Part shown: positions 8,726-19,433 of the stretch, piece after piece
Position numbering within the stretch: position 1 is the first letter of the stretch
Layout of the letters: every line of letters begins with the position of its first letter
Assembly (NCBI GenBank): GCA_045587245.1
Contig: JAZNBU010000018.1
Coordinates: forward strand, 10,775 to 74,774
Source: Christensenellaceae bacterium
Lineage (GTDB): Bacteria > Bacillota > Clostridia > Christensenellales > Borkfalkiaceae
Reading direction: 5' to 3'
DNA length: 64,000 bases
Made by a program: the position numbers and the translations under genes
Notes under the pieces: generated by a model
Database searches by the model: none
Told to the model about the DNA's origin: nothing
The model's input: only the letters and a program-made list of their open reading frames with translations

Positions 8726-10891
8726 ATGCAGTTAATAATAGTTGAATCACCACATAAGGCAAAAACGATTGAGAAATTTTTGAAAGGCGATTATAAAGTA
8801 GATGCGTCAAAAGGACATATAAGAGATTTGCCTGTAAATTATATGGGCATATCTATCGCTAATAATTTTGAACCTTTTTACGTTGTTTCGCAAGAAAAGA
8901 AACAAGACATAAAGAGACTTGAAACCATGGCAAAAAAAGCCGATAAAGTATTTCTTGCAACCGACCCGGATAGAGAAGGTGAAGCGATTTCTTGGCACTT
9001 GGCAGAAGTTTTAGGTCTAGACATAAATTCAGCAAATAGAATAGAGTTCAACGAAATTTCAGAAAAGGCAGTTAAAAACGCACTTGCAAGCCCACGAAAA
9101 ATCGATATGAACTTAGTTGACGCACAGCAAGCGAGAAGAGTTTTGGATAGACTCGTTGGCTATAGCATATCGCCTGCTGCAAGCTCAAGGCTTAACGATA
9201 ATTTGTCGGCTGGGCGTGTTCAATCGGTTGCGCTTAAAATGGTGGTCGATAGAGAAAGAGAAATTTCAGCGTTTAAGCCACAAGAATATTGGAACTTAAA
9301 AGCAAACGTAAGCAAAAAAGACGGTTCGGCTTTTAAGGTGCTCCTAAAAGAAAAATCAGGAAAGCCATATAAACCAGCAAGCGCAGAAGAGGCACTTTTA
9401 ACAGAAAACGAGTTAAAAAACAGCACGTTTATTGTGGCTGGTGTTAAGCGTTCGGTTATGAAAACGCACGCACCTGCGCCATATATAACAAGCACCTTGC
9501 AACAAGACGGCTCGATAAGGCTAAACCTTTCTGCCCCACAAGTTATGCAAGTGGCACAAAGGCTTTATGAAGGTGTTGAAACATCACGTGGAAACATTGC
9601 GCTCATCACTTATATGAGAACGGACTCTGTTCGTGTTTCAACTGAAGCTCAGGCAAGTGCACTTGAATATATCAAGACAAACTATGGCGCTGAGTATTTA
9701 CCAGCAAAGCCAAACAGATATACTTCAAAAAAAGATGCGCAAGACGCACACGAAGCAATTAGACCTATTGATATAAACAAAACGCCTGAAAGCGTTAAGG
9801 ACTTGTTAGACAAAAATCAATACAAGTTATACAAACTCATTTACGATAGATTTATCGCATCGCAAATGAACGAAGCAAAATATGATAGCGTGGCTGTTGA
9901 CGTTAACGCTGGAGAGTATGGTTTAAAGACGAGTGGTAAGACTTTGATTTTTAAGGGTTATACCATAGTTTACGACGATACTAAAAAAGAAGAAGACGAA
10001 GAAAGTGGCAGTGCACTTTTGCCAGCTCTAGACAATGGCGAAGTGCTAGACTTAGTTGCAATTACAAAAGAGCAAAAGTTTACAAAGCCACCAACGAGAT
10101 ATACCGAAGCTTCGCTTATCAAAAATATGGAAGATAAGGGCATTGGCAGACCTTCAACTTATGCAACCATTATGGCAAAACTTTCTGACAAAAAGAGAGA
10201 ATATGTTAGAAAGGAAAAGAAATATTTAGTTCCAAACGATATAAGCTATTCTTTAATCGACTTTTTAGTTAAATATTTCCCTGACATTATGGATATATCT
10301 TTCACGGCAAAGATGGAAACCGACCTTGACGATATAGGCACGAGTGGAAAAGATTGGCACAAGCTAATCGCAAAATTCTATAGCAGTTTTGAAGAGCAGT
10401 TAAAGAACTCGAAAATTACCGAAGTGCTTTGCGAAAAATGTGGCGCACCAATGATTATAAATAGTGGTAAGTATGGTAACTACTATGCTTGCTCTAGATA
10501 CCCAGAGTGCCAAAACATAAAAGCGGTAAACGAAAAGGTGGTTATCCCAACCGATAAGATTTGCGCTAAGTGTGGCTCTCCAATGGTTGAAAGGGAAGGA
10601 AAGTTTGGCAAGTTCCTTGCCTGCTCTAATTACCCAAAATGTAAAAATACAGTAAGTATGACCGAAAGTGTGGGTGTTTGCCCAGAGTGTGGCAAACCAA
10701 CAAAGAAAATGCTCAGTCGTGGTGGCAAGGTGTTCTATGGCTGTTCAGATTTTCCAAACTGCAAGTTTATGAGTTGGGATATCCCAACGGGCGAAAAATG
10801 TCCAGACTGTGGTCAATATTTGATAGAGGTTGAGGGCAAAATAAAATGCTCTTCAAAGAAGTGTAAATTTATAAAAGATGCAAAAAGTTAA
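8726..10891 (+). CDS. topA: DNA topoisomerase I
   Basis: Toprim N-terminus 'LIIVESPHKAKTI', active-site region 'ITYMRTDS', and four C-terminal CxxC...CxxC zinc ribbons. Confidence 0.96.
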   Translation: MQLIIVESPHKAKTIEKFLKGDYKVDASKGHIRDLPVNYMGISIANNFEPFYVVSQEKKQDIKRLETMAKKADKVFLATDPDREGEAISWHLAEVLGLDINSANRIEFNEISEKAVKNALASPRKIDMNLVDAQQARRVLDRLVGYSISPAASSRLNDNLSAGRVQSVALKMVVDREREISAFKPQEYWNLKANVSKKDGSAFKVLLKEKSGKPYKPASAEEALLTENELKNSTFIVAGVKRSVMKTHAPAPYITSTLQQDGSIRLNLSAPQVMQVAQRLYEGVETSRGNIALITYMRTDSVRVSTEAQASALEYIKTNYGAEYLPAKPNRYTSKKDAQDAHEAIRPIDINKTPESVKDLLDKNQYKLYKLIYDRFIASQMNEAKYDSVAVDVNAGEYGLKTSGKTLIFKGYTIVYDDTKKEEDEESGSALLPALDNGEVLDLVAITKEQKFTKPPTRYTEASLIKNMEDKGIGRPSTYATIMAKLSDKKREYVRKEKKYLVPNDISYSLIDFLVKYFPDIMDISFTAKMETDLDDIGTSGKDWHKLIAKFYSSFEEQLKNSKITEVLCEKCGAPMIINSGKYGNYYACSRYPECQNIKAVNEKVVIPTDKICAKCGSPMVEREGKFGKFLACSNYPKCKNTVSMTESVGVCPECGKPTKKMLSRGGKVFYGCSDFPNCKFMSWDIPTGEKCPDCGQYLIEVEGKIKCSSKKCKFIKDAKS

Positions 10892-12185
10892 AGTAATAGG
10901 TGGTGGGCTTGCCGGGGCAGAAGTAGCATACTATCTCGCTAAAAAAGGCGTGAAGGTTGAGCTATATGATATAAAACCAACCAAAATGACCCCAGCACAT
11001 AAAAGCAAAGATTATGGCGAACTAGTTTGTTCAAACTCGCTTAAAAGTAACGACGTTTATGGCAATGCAGCAGGACTACTTAAACAAGAAATGCGCATTT
11101 TAGGCTCTCTTATCATTGAGAGCGCCGATAAAAATAGCGTTCCAGCAGGCAATGCGCTTGCTGTCGATAGACAAAAGTTTGCCGAGTATATAACCGAAAA
11201 GCTATATGCTGAGCCAAACATAACGCATATAAATAAAGAAATTGAATATATAGATTTTGATGAATACACCGTTATAGCAACGGGACCACTAACAACGGAC
11301 ACTCTTAGTCAAACTATAAAAGACAAAGTGGGTGGGGAGTTAAGTTTTTTTGATGCCTCAGCACCTATCGTGGAGTTTGAGAGCATTGATATGGAAAACG
11401 CTTTCTTTGGCGATAGATACGACAAGGGAAACGGCGACCACATTAACTGCCCAATGACAAAAGAAGAATATCTGGCGTTTATCTCTGACTTAAAAAGCGC
11501 CGAAAGAGCATCTCTTCACGAGTTTGAAGACACGAAAGTTTTTGAGGGTTGTATGCCAATTGAAATTATGGCATCAAGGGGAGATGATACGCTTAGGTTT
11601 GGGCCACTTAAACCCGTTGGGCTAACAAATCCAAAAACGGGAAGATGGGCTTATGCCTGCTTGCAACTTAGAAAAGAAGACGCTAGTGGCAGTATGTATA
11701 ATCTAGTGGGCTTTCAAACGAACTTAACGTTTGGCGCTCAAAAAAGGGTGTTTGCAAATATCCCAGCGCTAAAAAACGCCGAATATCTTAGATATGGCGT
11801 TATGCATAGAAACACGTTTATAAACTCGCCAAAAGCACTAAGCGAAGATTATTCTCTTAGAGAAAATCCAAAAACATATTTTGCAGGGCAGATAACGGGC
11901 GTTGAAGGGTACGTAGAAAGTGCAGGTAGTGGGCTTATGACGGCAATTTATCTATATAACAAGTTGATGGGCAAAGAAGTTAAACCTATATCGCACAATA
12001 CCGTGCTAGGAAGTTTGGCAAAATACATAACTACTGAGAATAAAGATTTTCAACCAATGAACGCAAACTTTGGCATATTGCCACCACTTGATAGAATAGT
12101 TAGGGACAAGGCTGAAAGAAAACGCCTTATGGCAGAGAGAAGTTTAATGGAAGTAGAAAAATTCAAAAAGGAGAACGAGATATGA
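10878..12185 (+). CDS. trmFO: Methylenetetrahydrofolate--tRNA-(uracil54-C5)-methyltransferase TrmFO
   Basis: FAD motif '[12 protein letters not shown]', 435 aa. Conserved topA-trmFO-hslVU order. Confidence 0.93.
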   Translation: MQKVKVIGGGLAGAEVAYYLAKKGVKVELYDIKPTKMTPAHKSKDYGELVCSNSLKSNDVYGNAAGLLKQEMRILGSLIIESADKNSVPAGNALAVDRQKFAEYITEKLYAEPNITHINKEIEYIDFDEYTVIATGPLTTDTLSQTIKDKVGGELSFFDASAPIVEFESIDMENAFFGDRYDKGNGDHINCPMTKEEYLAFISDLKSAERASLHEFEDTKVFEGCMPIEIMASRGDDTLRFGPLKPVGLTNPKTGRWAYACLQLRKEDASGSMYNLVGFQTNLTFGAQKRVFANIPALKNAEYLRYGVMHRNTFINSPKALSEDYSLRENPKTYFAGQITGVEGYVESAGSGLMTAIYLYNKLMGKEVKPISHNTVLGSLAKYITTENKDFQPMNANFGILPPLDRIVRDKAERKRLMAERSLMEVEKFKKENEI

Positions 12186-12715
12186 TAGAATTTAAGGGGA
12201 CAACGATTTGCGCCGTTAAAAAGGACGGAAAAACGGCAATCGCTGGCGACGGACAAGTGACCATGTCGCAATCGGTTATTTTCAAAAACAATGCAGTAAA
12301 GGTTAGAAGAATTTATAACGGCAACGTAATTTTAGGGTTTGCAGGCTCTGTTTCAGATGCGTTTACTTTATCTGAAAGATTTGAGGAAATGCTTAATAAA
12401 TATTCTGGCAATCTTATGAGAAGTGCAGTTGAACTTGCTGAACTTTGGCGCTCTGATAAGGCAAGAAAGTTAGAAGCAATGATGATAACTGCTGATAAGG
12501 ACACCTTGCTTGTTGTTTCAGGCACGGGCGAAGTTATAGAGCCTGACGGTGGCGTTTGCGCTATCGGAAGTGGTGGAAACTATGCGCTTGCAGCAGCAAG
12601 AGCACTCACAAAAGAAACCGATTATTCGGCTGAAGATATAGCTAAAAAATCACTTAAAATTGCAAGTGAGATTTGCGTATTCACAAACGACAATATTACT
12701 TGTGAAGTTATTTAA
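12182..12715 (+). CDS. hslV: ATP-dependent protease subunit HslV (ClpQ)
   Basis: N-terminal '[11 protein letters not shown]' (catalytic Thr region) and '[11 protein letters not shown]'. Confidence 0.93.
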   Translation: MIEFKGTTICAVKKDGKTAIAGDGQVTMSQSVIFKNNAVKVRRIYNGNVILGFAGSVSDAFTLSERFEEMLNKYSGNLMRSAVELAELWRSDKARKLEAMMITADKDTLLVVSGTGEVIEPDGGVCAIGSGGNYALAAARALTKETDYSAEDIAKKSLKIASEICVFTNDNITCEVI

Positions 12716-12726
12716 GGGGGATAGAA

Positions 12727-14031
12727 ATGAATTTAAGTCCAAAACAGATAGTTGGCGAATTAGATAAATACATTATAGGTCAACACAGCGCAAAAAAGGC
12801 AGTTGCTATTGCACTTAGAAATAGATATAGAAGAAGTTCGCTATCTTTAGAAGAAATGGCTGAAATAACACCAAAAAATATCATTATGAAAGGTCCAACA
12901 GGTGTTGGTAAAACCGAGATAGCAAGACGTCTTGCAAAACTCGTTGGCGCACCTTTTGTAAAAGTTGAAGCAACTAAATACACCGAAGTGGGCTACGTTG
13001 GAAGAGACGTTGAGTCTATGATTAGAGACTTAGTTGAATGCGCTGTTAGACTTGTTAAAGAAGAAAGATTTAAAAAGGTTACCGAAAAGGCAGAGGGCGC
13101 AGTAAACGCAAGGCTTGCAAAAATTGTTGCCGAAGTTCGCCGTTTAGATAGGGGCGAAACACCACAAGACGTTTTTGAAAAGAACATTTTAGAAGGTCTT
13201 AAAAAGGGTTACTATGACAACGAACTAATAGAAGTTGAATTTGTTGATAATCCAAAACCAATGGAACTTATCCCAGGTGCTGGAGAAATCAGCATCGGCA
13301 GTATTTTTGGCGATATGATGCCAAAAAAGAAGAAAAAGAGAAAATTAACTGTTAAAGAAGCAAGAAAGATTTTGATTGATGAAGAAGCTGATAAACTCAT
13401 CGACAAAGATTCTGTAAACGAAGAAGCAATTCGCCGTGCCGAAAACGAAGGTATCATCTTTATTGATGAAATTGATAAAATTGCAGCACGCACTAATAAG
13501 AGTGGTGGACAAGACGTCTCAAGGGAAGGTGTTCAAAGGGATATCTTACCTATAGTTGAAGGCTCAACGGTTATGACAAAATACGGCGCAATCAAAACCG
13601 ACTACATTTTGTTTATTGCAGCAGGTGCTTTCCATATATCAAAGGTAAGCGACTTAATACCAGAACTTCAAGGTCGTTTCCCAATCTTAGTGGAACTTAA
13701 CAGCTTATCAAAACAAGACTTTATTGATATTTTAACAATTCCTAAGAATGCGATAACAATTCAATACGCAACCTTGCTCAAGGTTGACGGCGTTGACTTA
13801 AAATTCACTGACGATGCTATAAGCGAAATTGCAAGAATAGCAGAAGAAATGAATTTGACAAGCGAAGATATCGGTGCAAGAAGGCTTCATACGGTTATGG
13901 AAAACTTGCTTGAAGAAGTTTCTTTTGAAGCAGACGGCACAACAAGAGAAGTCATTGTTGATAAAGAGTTTGTTGTAAAGAAACTTGGAATCGAAGCAAA
14001 GACAAAAGATTTGAAAAAGTATATACTATAA
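12727..14031 (+). CDS. hslU: ATP-dependent protease ATPase subunit HslU (ClpY)
   Basis: Walker [16 protein letters not shown] and Walker [11 protein letters not shown], 434 aa. Confidence 0.95.
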   Translation: MNLSPKQIVGELDKYIIGQHSAKKAVAIALRNRYRRSSLSLEEMAEITPKNIIMKGPTGVGKTEIARRLAKLVGAPFVKVEATKYTEVGYVGRDVESMIRDLVECAVRLVKEERFKKVTEKAEGAVNARLAKIVAEVRRLDRGETPQDVFEKNILEGLKKGYYDNELIEVEFVDNPKPMELIPGAGEISIGSIFGDMMPKKKKKRKLTVKEARKILIDEEADKLIDKDSVNEEAIRRAENEGIIFIDEIDKIAARTNKSGGQDVSREGVQRDILPIVEGSTVMTKYGAIKTDYILFIAAGAFHISKVSDLIPELQGRFPILVELNSLSKQDFIDILTIPKNAITIQYATLLKVDGVDLKFTDDAISEIARIAEEMNLTSEDIGARRLHTVMENLLEEVSFEADGTTREVIVDKEFVVKKLGIEAKTKDLKKYIL

Positions 14032-14043
14032 AGGAAACAAACA

Positions 14044-15282
14044 ATGATAAACATACCAAAAGGCACAAAAGACGTTTTGCCTGGTGACAGTTATAAATGG
14101 CAATTTATAGAAAAAACGGCAAGAGACGTTGCAAAGAGTTTTGGCGCAAAAGAGATAAGAACACCAACCTTTGAACACACTGAAGTATTTTTACGTGGCG
14201 TGGGGCAAACAACTGACATTGTAAATAAAGAAATGTACACCTTTTTAGACAAAGGTAATAGAAGCATAACCTTAAAACCAGAAGGCACTGCAGGTGTTGC
14301 AAGGTCTTTTGTTGAAAACGGAATGCACTCAGGCGTTCTTCCAGCCAAACTTTTTTATTTAACTCAATGTTTTAGGTATGAACGCCCACAAGCGGGAAGA
14401 CTTAGAGAGTTCCACCAATTCGGCGTAGAATTTTTAGGCGCAACAAACCCTAACATCGATGCCGAAACAATTCTTTTAGCGAAAACCTTTTTAGACAAGG
14501 TTGGCATAAAGAACGTAACACTTTATCTAAACAGTATCGGTTGCAAAGAGTGTAGAGCAAAGTATAAAAAGGTGCTTAGCGAATACTTAAGAAGCAATAT
14601 TGATAATATGTGCGAACTTTGTAAGGACAGGCTTGACAAGAACCCACTAAGAATTTTAGACTGCAAAAACGAAAACTGCAAAAAGATAAACCAAAAAGCA
14701 CCAGTTATTTTAGATTATTTGTGCGATGACTGCAGAGAGCATTTTGAAAGCGTTCAAAAGCTTTTAACTATTGCAGGCGTTGAATTCAAAATAAACCCTT
14801 ATATCGTTAGGGGACTTGACTATTATAACAAAACGGTTTTTGAATTTGTTTCAAATAGCATCGGCGCACAAGGCACGGTTTGTGGTGGTGGTAGATACGA
14901 CGGGCTTATCGCAGAACTTGGTGGAAACGACGTTGCAGGTATAGGCTTTGCCGTTGGTATTGAAAGAATTTTAATGCTACTTGAAAACTTAGGTGTAGAA
15001 ATTCCAAACGACAGCGAGATAGAATACTACGTTGCACCAATGGGACAAAAAGAAAGTGAAAAGGCTTTTGAAATTGTAAGCTTGCTTAGACAGAAAGGAA
15101 TATCTGCAGACTTTGACCATATGAACAGAAGTATAAAAGCACAGTTTAAGTATGCTGATAAAATAGGCGCAAAAAAGGTTATCGTAATCGGCTCAGAAGA
15201 ACTTGAAAAGGGAATTTTCAAAGTTAAAGAAATGTCAACGGGCAAAGAAGAATACTTGACCTTTGATGAACTTACAAAATAA
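14044..15282 (+). CDS. hisS: Histidine--tRNA ligase
   Basis: Class II motifs 'LKPEGTAGVAR' and 'FRYERPQAGRLREFHQ', plus a C-terminal anticodon-binding domain. Confidence 0.93.
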   Translation: MINIPKGTKDVLPGDSYKWQFIEKTARDVAKSFGAKEIRTPTFEHTEVFLRGVGQTTDIVNKEMYTFLDKGNRSITLKPEGTAGVARSFVENGMHSGVLPAKLFYLTQCFRYERPQAGRLREFHQFGVEFLGATNPNIDAETILLAKTFLDKVGIKNVTLYLNSIGCKECRAKYKKVLSEYLRSNIDNMCELCKDRLDKNPLRILDCKNENCKKINQKAPVILDYLCDDCREHFESVQKLLTIAGVEFKINPYIVRGLDYYNKTVFEFVSNSIGAQGTVCGGGRYDGLIAELGGNDVAGIGFAVGIERILMLLENLGVEIPNDSEIEYYVAPMGQKESEKAFEIVSLLRQKGISADFDHMNRSIKAQFKYADKIGAKKVIVIGSEELEKGIFKVKEMSTGKEEYLTFDELTK

Positions 15283-15355
15283 TCGGCAATTGTGCATTGA
15301 AATTATTTGTATGGCTTATAATATTGTCATAATCATTTGATTTAAGGAGAATGTT

Positions 15356-15679
15356 ATGAACAGTATAGAAGAAGTTTTAGGCATTGATGAGTTTGAAAGG
15401 GTGATAAAGGAAAACGCATTGACGCTTGTAGATTTTTATGCAAGTTGGTGCACACCTTGTAAGATGCAAACGCCCATACTTAAAGAATTTCAAGAAGCAA
15501 CGGAAAGAAAGGTTAAACTTATAAAAGTTGACGTTGACCAAAATCCAGACATTGCAAACAAATATAAAGTGCAGATGCTTCCAACGATTTTGCTTTTTCA
15601 AAACGGAGAAGAAAAAGAAAAGGCAGTTGGGCTTACTGCAAAATCCACACTTTCAGAAATATTAATAAAATATTTATAA
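15356..15679 (+). CDS. trxA: Thioredoxin (variant WCTPC active site)
   Basis: 107 aa with 'DFYASWCTPCKM' and a thioredoxin fold pattern. Confidence 0.85.
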   Translation: MNSIEEVLGIDEFERVIKENALTLVDFYASWCTPCKMQTPILKEFQEATERKVKLIKVDVDQNPDIANKYKVQMLPTILLFQNGEEKEKAVGLTAKSTLSEILIKYL

Positions 15680-15719
15680 ATTCAAAAAAAATAGGTGAAA
15701 CACCAAGGAGAAATAAAAA

Positions 15720-16970
15720 ATGATAGACTTAACTTCAATCAAATTAGCTGACCCAGAAGTGTATGAAGGCTTAGAAAAAGAACTTCAAAGACAAAGAAAC
15801 AACATCGAACTTATCGCAAGTGAAAACGTAGTTTCGGAAAACGTTTTACTCGCAGCAGGAAGCGTTTTAACAAACAAGTATGCAGAAGGCTATCCAGCAC
15901 ACAGATATTACGGTGGTTGCGCATGTGTTGACATTGTTGAAAACCTTGCAATCGAACGTGCTAAAAAGTTGTTCGGCGCAGAGCACGCAAACGTTCAACC
16001 ACACAGTGGCGCAAACGCAAACTTTGCCGTATATTTTGCAGTGTTAAAACCAGGCGATACGATTATGGGTATGAGCCTTGCTCACGGTGGTCACTTAACG
16101 CACGGAAGCCCTGTGACAGTTTCAGGTAAATATTTTAACTCTGTAGGATATGGCGTTAAGGAAGAAACGGGCGCTATCGACTATGATGATTTAGAAAGAC
16201 AAGTTCTAGAAGTTAAACCAAACATCTTCGTATGTGGTGCAAGTGCATATCCAAGAGTTATCGACTTTAAGAGAATTAGAGAAATTTGTGACAAAGTAGG
16301 CTGTTATATGATGGTTGACATCGCACACATTGCAGGCCTTGTTGCAACAGGTCTTCACCCAAGCCCAGTTCCTTATGCTGATTTCGTTACAACAACAACA
16401 CATAAGACGTTAAGAGGCCCAAGAGGTGGTATGATTTTGTGCAAAGAAGAATATGCAAAAATCATTGATAAGGCAGTATTCCCAGGCACACAAGGTGGAC
16501 CACTTATGCACATAATCGCAGCAAAGGCTGTTGCTTTTGGCGAAGCATTAAAACCAGAATACAAAGCGTATATGGAACAAGTTAAGAAAAACGCTAAGGC
16601 AATGAGCGAAAAGTTCTTGTCACTCGGCGTAAAACTCGTTTCAGGTGGCACAGACAACCACTTAATGCTACTTGACCTTTCTGATAAAGACTGCACGGGT
16701 AAAGACTTAGAAATTATGCTTGATGAAGTTAATATCACACTCAACAAGAACGCAATTCCATTCGACAAGCAAAAACCATTTGTGACAAGCGGTGTTCGTA
16801 TCGGTACGCCAGCAATCACAAGCCGTGGCTTTAAGGAAGCAGATTGCGAAAAGATTGCTGAACTTATCACAATGATTATCGAAAAGAAAGAAGAAGCATT
16901 CGATTTTGTTCGCAGTGAAGTTAAGAAACTTATTGAAAAATATCCTTTATATAAAGGTGTTATAGACTAA
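15720..16970 (+). CDS. glyA: Serine hydroxymethyltransferase
   Basis: '[14 protein letters not shown]' PLP-lysine motif, 416 aa. Confidence 0.97.
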   Translation: MIDLTSIKLADPEVYEGLEKELQRQRNNIELIASENVVSENVLLAAGSVLTNKYAEGYPAHRYYGGCACVDIVENLAIERAKKLFGAEHANVQPHSGANANFAVYFAVLKPGDTIMGMSLAHGGHLTHGSPVTVSGKYFNSVGYGVKEETGAIDYDDLERQVLEVKPNIFVCGASAYPRVIDFKRIREICDKVGCYMMVDIAHIAGLVATGLHPSPVPYADFVTTTTHKTLRGPRGGMILCKEEYAKIIDKAVFPGTQGGPLMHIIAAKAVAFGEALKPEYKAYMEQVKKNAKAMSEKFLSLGVKLVSGGTDNHLMLLDLSDKDCTGKDLEIMLDEVNITLNKNAIPFDKQKPFVTSGVRIGTPAITSRGFKEADCEKIAELITMIIEKKEEAFDFVRSEVKKLIEKYPLYKGVID

Positions 16971-16985
16971 GGAGTTATAAACTAA

Positions 16986-17969
16986 ATGCAATATAAATCT
17001 TCGCTAAATCTGTTAGAGACAGAGATAGCAATAAAGTTTATAAAAGATACGTTTGAAACTGAGCTTGCAAAGGCGCTTAAACTTACAAGAGTTTCCGCTC
17101 CACTTTTCGTTCAGCCTGAATCAGGCTTAAACGACAACCTAAACGGCTTTGAAAGGGCTGTTAGGTTTGATATTTTAACGTTAAAAAAGGACGTTGAAAT
17201 CGTTCAATCACTAGCCAAGTGGAAAAGGAACGCTCTTGCTAAGTATGGCTTTACTGAGGGCGCAGGTCTTTATACGGATATGAACGCAATTCGCCGTGAT
17301 GAAGACCTAGACGCATTGCACTCAGTTTACGTTGACCAATGGGATTGGGAAAAGATTATAAGAAAAAACCAAAGAACCTTATCATACCTTAAAAAGACTG
17401 TTAAGGCTATTTACAAAGCGCTTAAAAAACTTGCAAGTGCAGTGAATAAAAAGTATTCAATCTCTCACACAATTCCAGATGAGATTACCTTTATCTCAAC
17501 AAAAGAATTAGAAAAAGAGTATCCAAACCTAACAAGAAAGCAAAGGGAAAGCGCAGCCGCAAAAAAATACGGTGCAATTTTCCTTTACCAAATCGGTTGG
17601 GATTTATCAGATGGCAAGCCACACGATGGCAGAGCGGCTGACTATGACGACTGGAAACTAAACGGCGACATTATTCTTTGGTATGACGTTTTAGATTTAG
17701 CACTTGAAATTTCTTCAATGGGAATTAGGGTTGACCAAACAAGTTTAGTTAAACAGTTAAAGAAGAAAAAAGAATTACATAAACTAGAAAACCCTTATTG
17801 TAAGGACATTTTGGCAGGTAAACTTCCACTCACAATCGGTGGTGGCATAGGTCAATCAAGACTATGTATGTTCTTTTTAAATAAAGTGCATATCGGCGAA
17901 GTTCAAGCATCTGTTTGGGCTGATGAAACTATTGAAGAAAATGCTAAAAAAGGAATATTTTTACTTTAA
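16986..17969 (+). CDS. asnA: Aspartate--ammonia ligase (asparagine synthetase A)
   Basis: 327 aa. 'RVSAPLFV ... GLNDNLNG ... VYVDQWDWEK' is typical of AsnA. Confidence 0.9.
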   Translation: MQYKSSLNLLETEIAIKFIKDTFETELAKALKLTRVSAPLFVQPESGLNDNLNGFERAVRFDILTLKKDVEIVQSLAKWKRNALAKYGFTEGAGLYTDMNAIRRDEDLDALHSVYVDQWDWEKIIRKNQRTLSYLKKTVKAIYKALKKLASAVNKKYSISHTIPDEITFISTKELEKEYPNLTRKQRESAAAKKYGAIFLYQIGWDLSDGKPHDGRAADYDDWKLNGDIILWYDVLDLALEISSMGIRVDQTSLVKQLKKKKELHKLENPYCKDILAGKLPLTIGGGIGQSRLCMFFLNKVHIGEVQASVWADETIEENAKKGIFLL

Positions 17970-18682
17970 TGAAAGCATTTAACAGGGTAGAAAACTTAAT
18001 AGGCAGTGAAAGTTTGCAAATATTAAACTCATCAAAAGTTGCCGTTTTTGGCGTTGGTGGTGTGGGTGGCTTTATTTGTGAAGCGCTTGTGCGCTCTGGC
18101 ATAGGCGAAATTGCCGTTTTTGATAGCGACACCGTAGATGAAACAAACATAAATCGCCAAATTATCGCAACGGTAGATACTGTTGGTAAGGACAAGGTTG
18201 AAGTTATAAAAGAAAGATTATTATCAATTAATCCTGCCTTAAAAATAAGTGCCTATAAAGTTTTTTACTTGCCTGAAAATGCAAGTCAGTTTGATTTAAG
18301 TAAATATGATTATATAGTTGATGCAGTTGATACTGTGTCTGCTAAAATAGAAATAATCGCAAGGTCAAAAGCATTAGGGAAAAGCGTTATCTCTTGTATG
18401 GGTACGGGTGGCAAGCTTCAAATTGAAAGTCTAAAAGTAAGCGATATAACAAAAACTAGTGGCTGTCCACTTGCAAGGGTTATGCGTAGGGAACTTAAAA
18501 AACGCAATATCACGGACGTAAAAGTTGTATATTCAATAGAAGACGCACAAAAAAACTGCAACGATAATTGTGAAGAGAGTGATAGAGTTCCACCAAGCAT
18601 GATTTTTGTGCCAGCAACGGCAGGGCTTTATATAGCAAGGGAAGTTGTTTTTGACCTTATTAATAAAAAGAGAGAAAATTAG
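17969..18682 (+). CDS. tcdA: ThiF/MoeB-family tRNA threonylcarbamoyladenosine dehydratase (TcdA-like)
   Basis: 'VAVFGVGGVGG' nucleotide-binding loop and 'DxDxVxxxNxNRQ', 237 aa. Confidence 0.8.
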   Translation: MKAFNRVENLIGSESLQILNSSKVAVFGVGGVGGFICEALVRSGIGEIAVFDSDTVDETNINRQIIATVDTVGKDKVEVIKERLLSINPALKISAYKVFYLPENASQFDLSKYDYIVDAVDTVSAKIEIIARSKALGKSVISCMGTGGKLQIESLKVSDITKTSGCPLARVMRRELKKRNITDVKVVYSIEDAQKNCNDNCEESDRVPPSMIFVPATAGLYIAREVVFDLINKKREN

Positions 18683-18684
18683 TT

Positions 18685-19221
18685 ATGAAAATTGTTATAG
18701 CATCAGATTTACACGGTTCGGCATTTTATGCAAATAAATTGATGGATATTTGTTACAAAGAAGATGCAGATAAACTCATTTTACTTGGCGATATATATAA
18801 TCACGGACCAAGAAATCAATTGCCAAAAGATTACGAGCCAATGAAGGTTGCTGAAATCTTAAACGGCGTTAAGGAAAACTTAATAGTTATAAAGGGCAAT
18901 TGCGATAGCGAAGTTGACACAATGATATCTGAATTCGATTTTGTAGGCGATTTGGTGATTGTTAGTGGCAATAAAACTATATATTTAACACATGGTCACG
19001 TGTACAATAAAGACAAAATGACAAAAACAAAGTTTGATGCAATAATATATGGGCATTTTCACACTGGCTTTATCGAAAAACAAGGCGATACAGTGGTGGC
19101 AAATGCAGGTTCATTATCACTTCCAAAAGGTGGCACGCCAAATAGTTATATAGTATTAGAAAATGGCGAAATCACTCTAAAAGATTTAGAGCAAAATGAA
19201 ATTGCTAAAATAACAATTTAA
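18685..19221 (+). CDS. YfcE/MJ0936-family metallophosphoesterase
   Basis: 'IASDLHGS', 'GDIYNHG', 'GNCD' and 'THGH' calcineurin-like motifs. Confidence 0.8.
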   Translation: MKIVIASDLHGSAFYANKLMDICYKEDADKLILLGDIYNHGPRNQLPKDYEPMKVAEILNGVKENLIVIKGNCDSEVDTMISEFDFVGDLVIVSGNKTIYLTHGHVYNKDKMTKTKFDAIIYGHFHTGFIEKQGDTVVANAGSLSLPKGGTPNSYIVLENGEITLKDLEQNEIAKITI

Positions 19222-19256
19222 CTTTAATTGAAAATTACCCCCCCAAACCAAAACAA

Positions 19257-19351
19257 TGAATAAAAACATAAAATATTCACTAAATTATGAATAAAAATAA
19301 AACATTATTCATAAAATATGAAAAAAATATAAAAATATTCATAAAATGAAG
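19257..19351. promoter_or_regulatory. Phased operator-like array (three TGAAT-N13/14-ATTCA units), candidate ArgR/AhrC-type operator
   Basis: The units start at 19257, 19288 and 19319 (31, 31 and 28 bp). They are followed by TGAAG at 19347, directly upstream of the argG -35 element. Confidence 0.5.
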
Positions 19352-19360
19352 TTAAAAACA

Positions 19361-19389
19361 TTGACAAAGAAAACGTAAAAGGTTATAAT
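19361..19389 (+). promoter_or_regulatory. Consensus promoter of the arg cluster
   Basis: TTGACA 19361-19366, 17 bp spacer, TATAAT 19384-19389. Confidence 0.7.
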
Positions 19390-19433
19390 AAAAATCGTTA
19401 AATAACATAAACACAAAAAAGGTTGGTATTATT

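Noticed and set aside
14032-14043. Expected T-box leaders upstream of hisS and asnS (also 56203-56432)
   Set aside because: hisS follows hslU after only 12 nt. The asnS upstream region shows a promoter but no specifier or T-box sequence.
16373-16870. 165-aa minus-strand ORF inside glyA
   Set aside because: It is a shadow frame of a highly conserved gene.
19222-19360. AT-rich direct repeats considered as a mini-CRISPR array or a mobile-element end
   Set aside because: The units are only about 31 bp with no spacer/repeat alternation and are internally palindromic. They sit exactly at the arg promoter, so they are better explained as an operator array.
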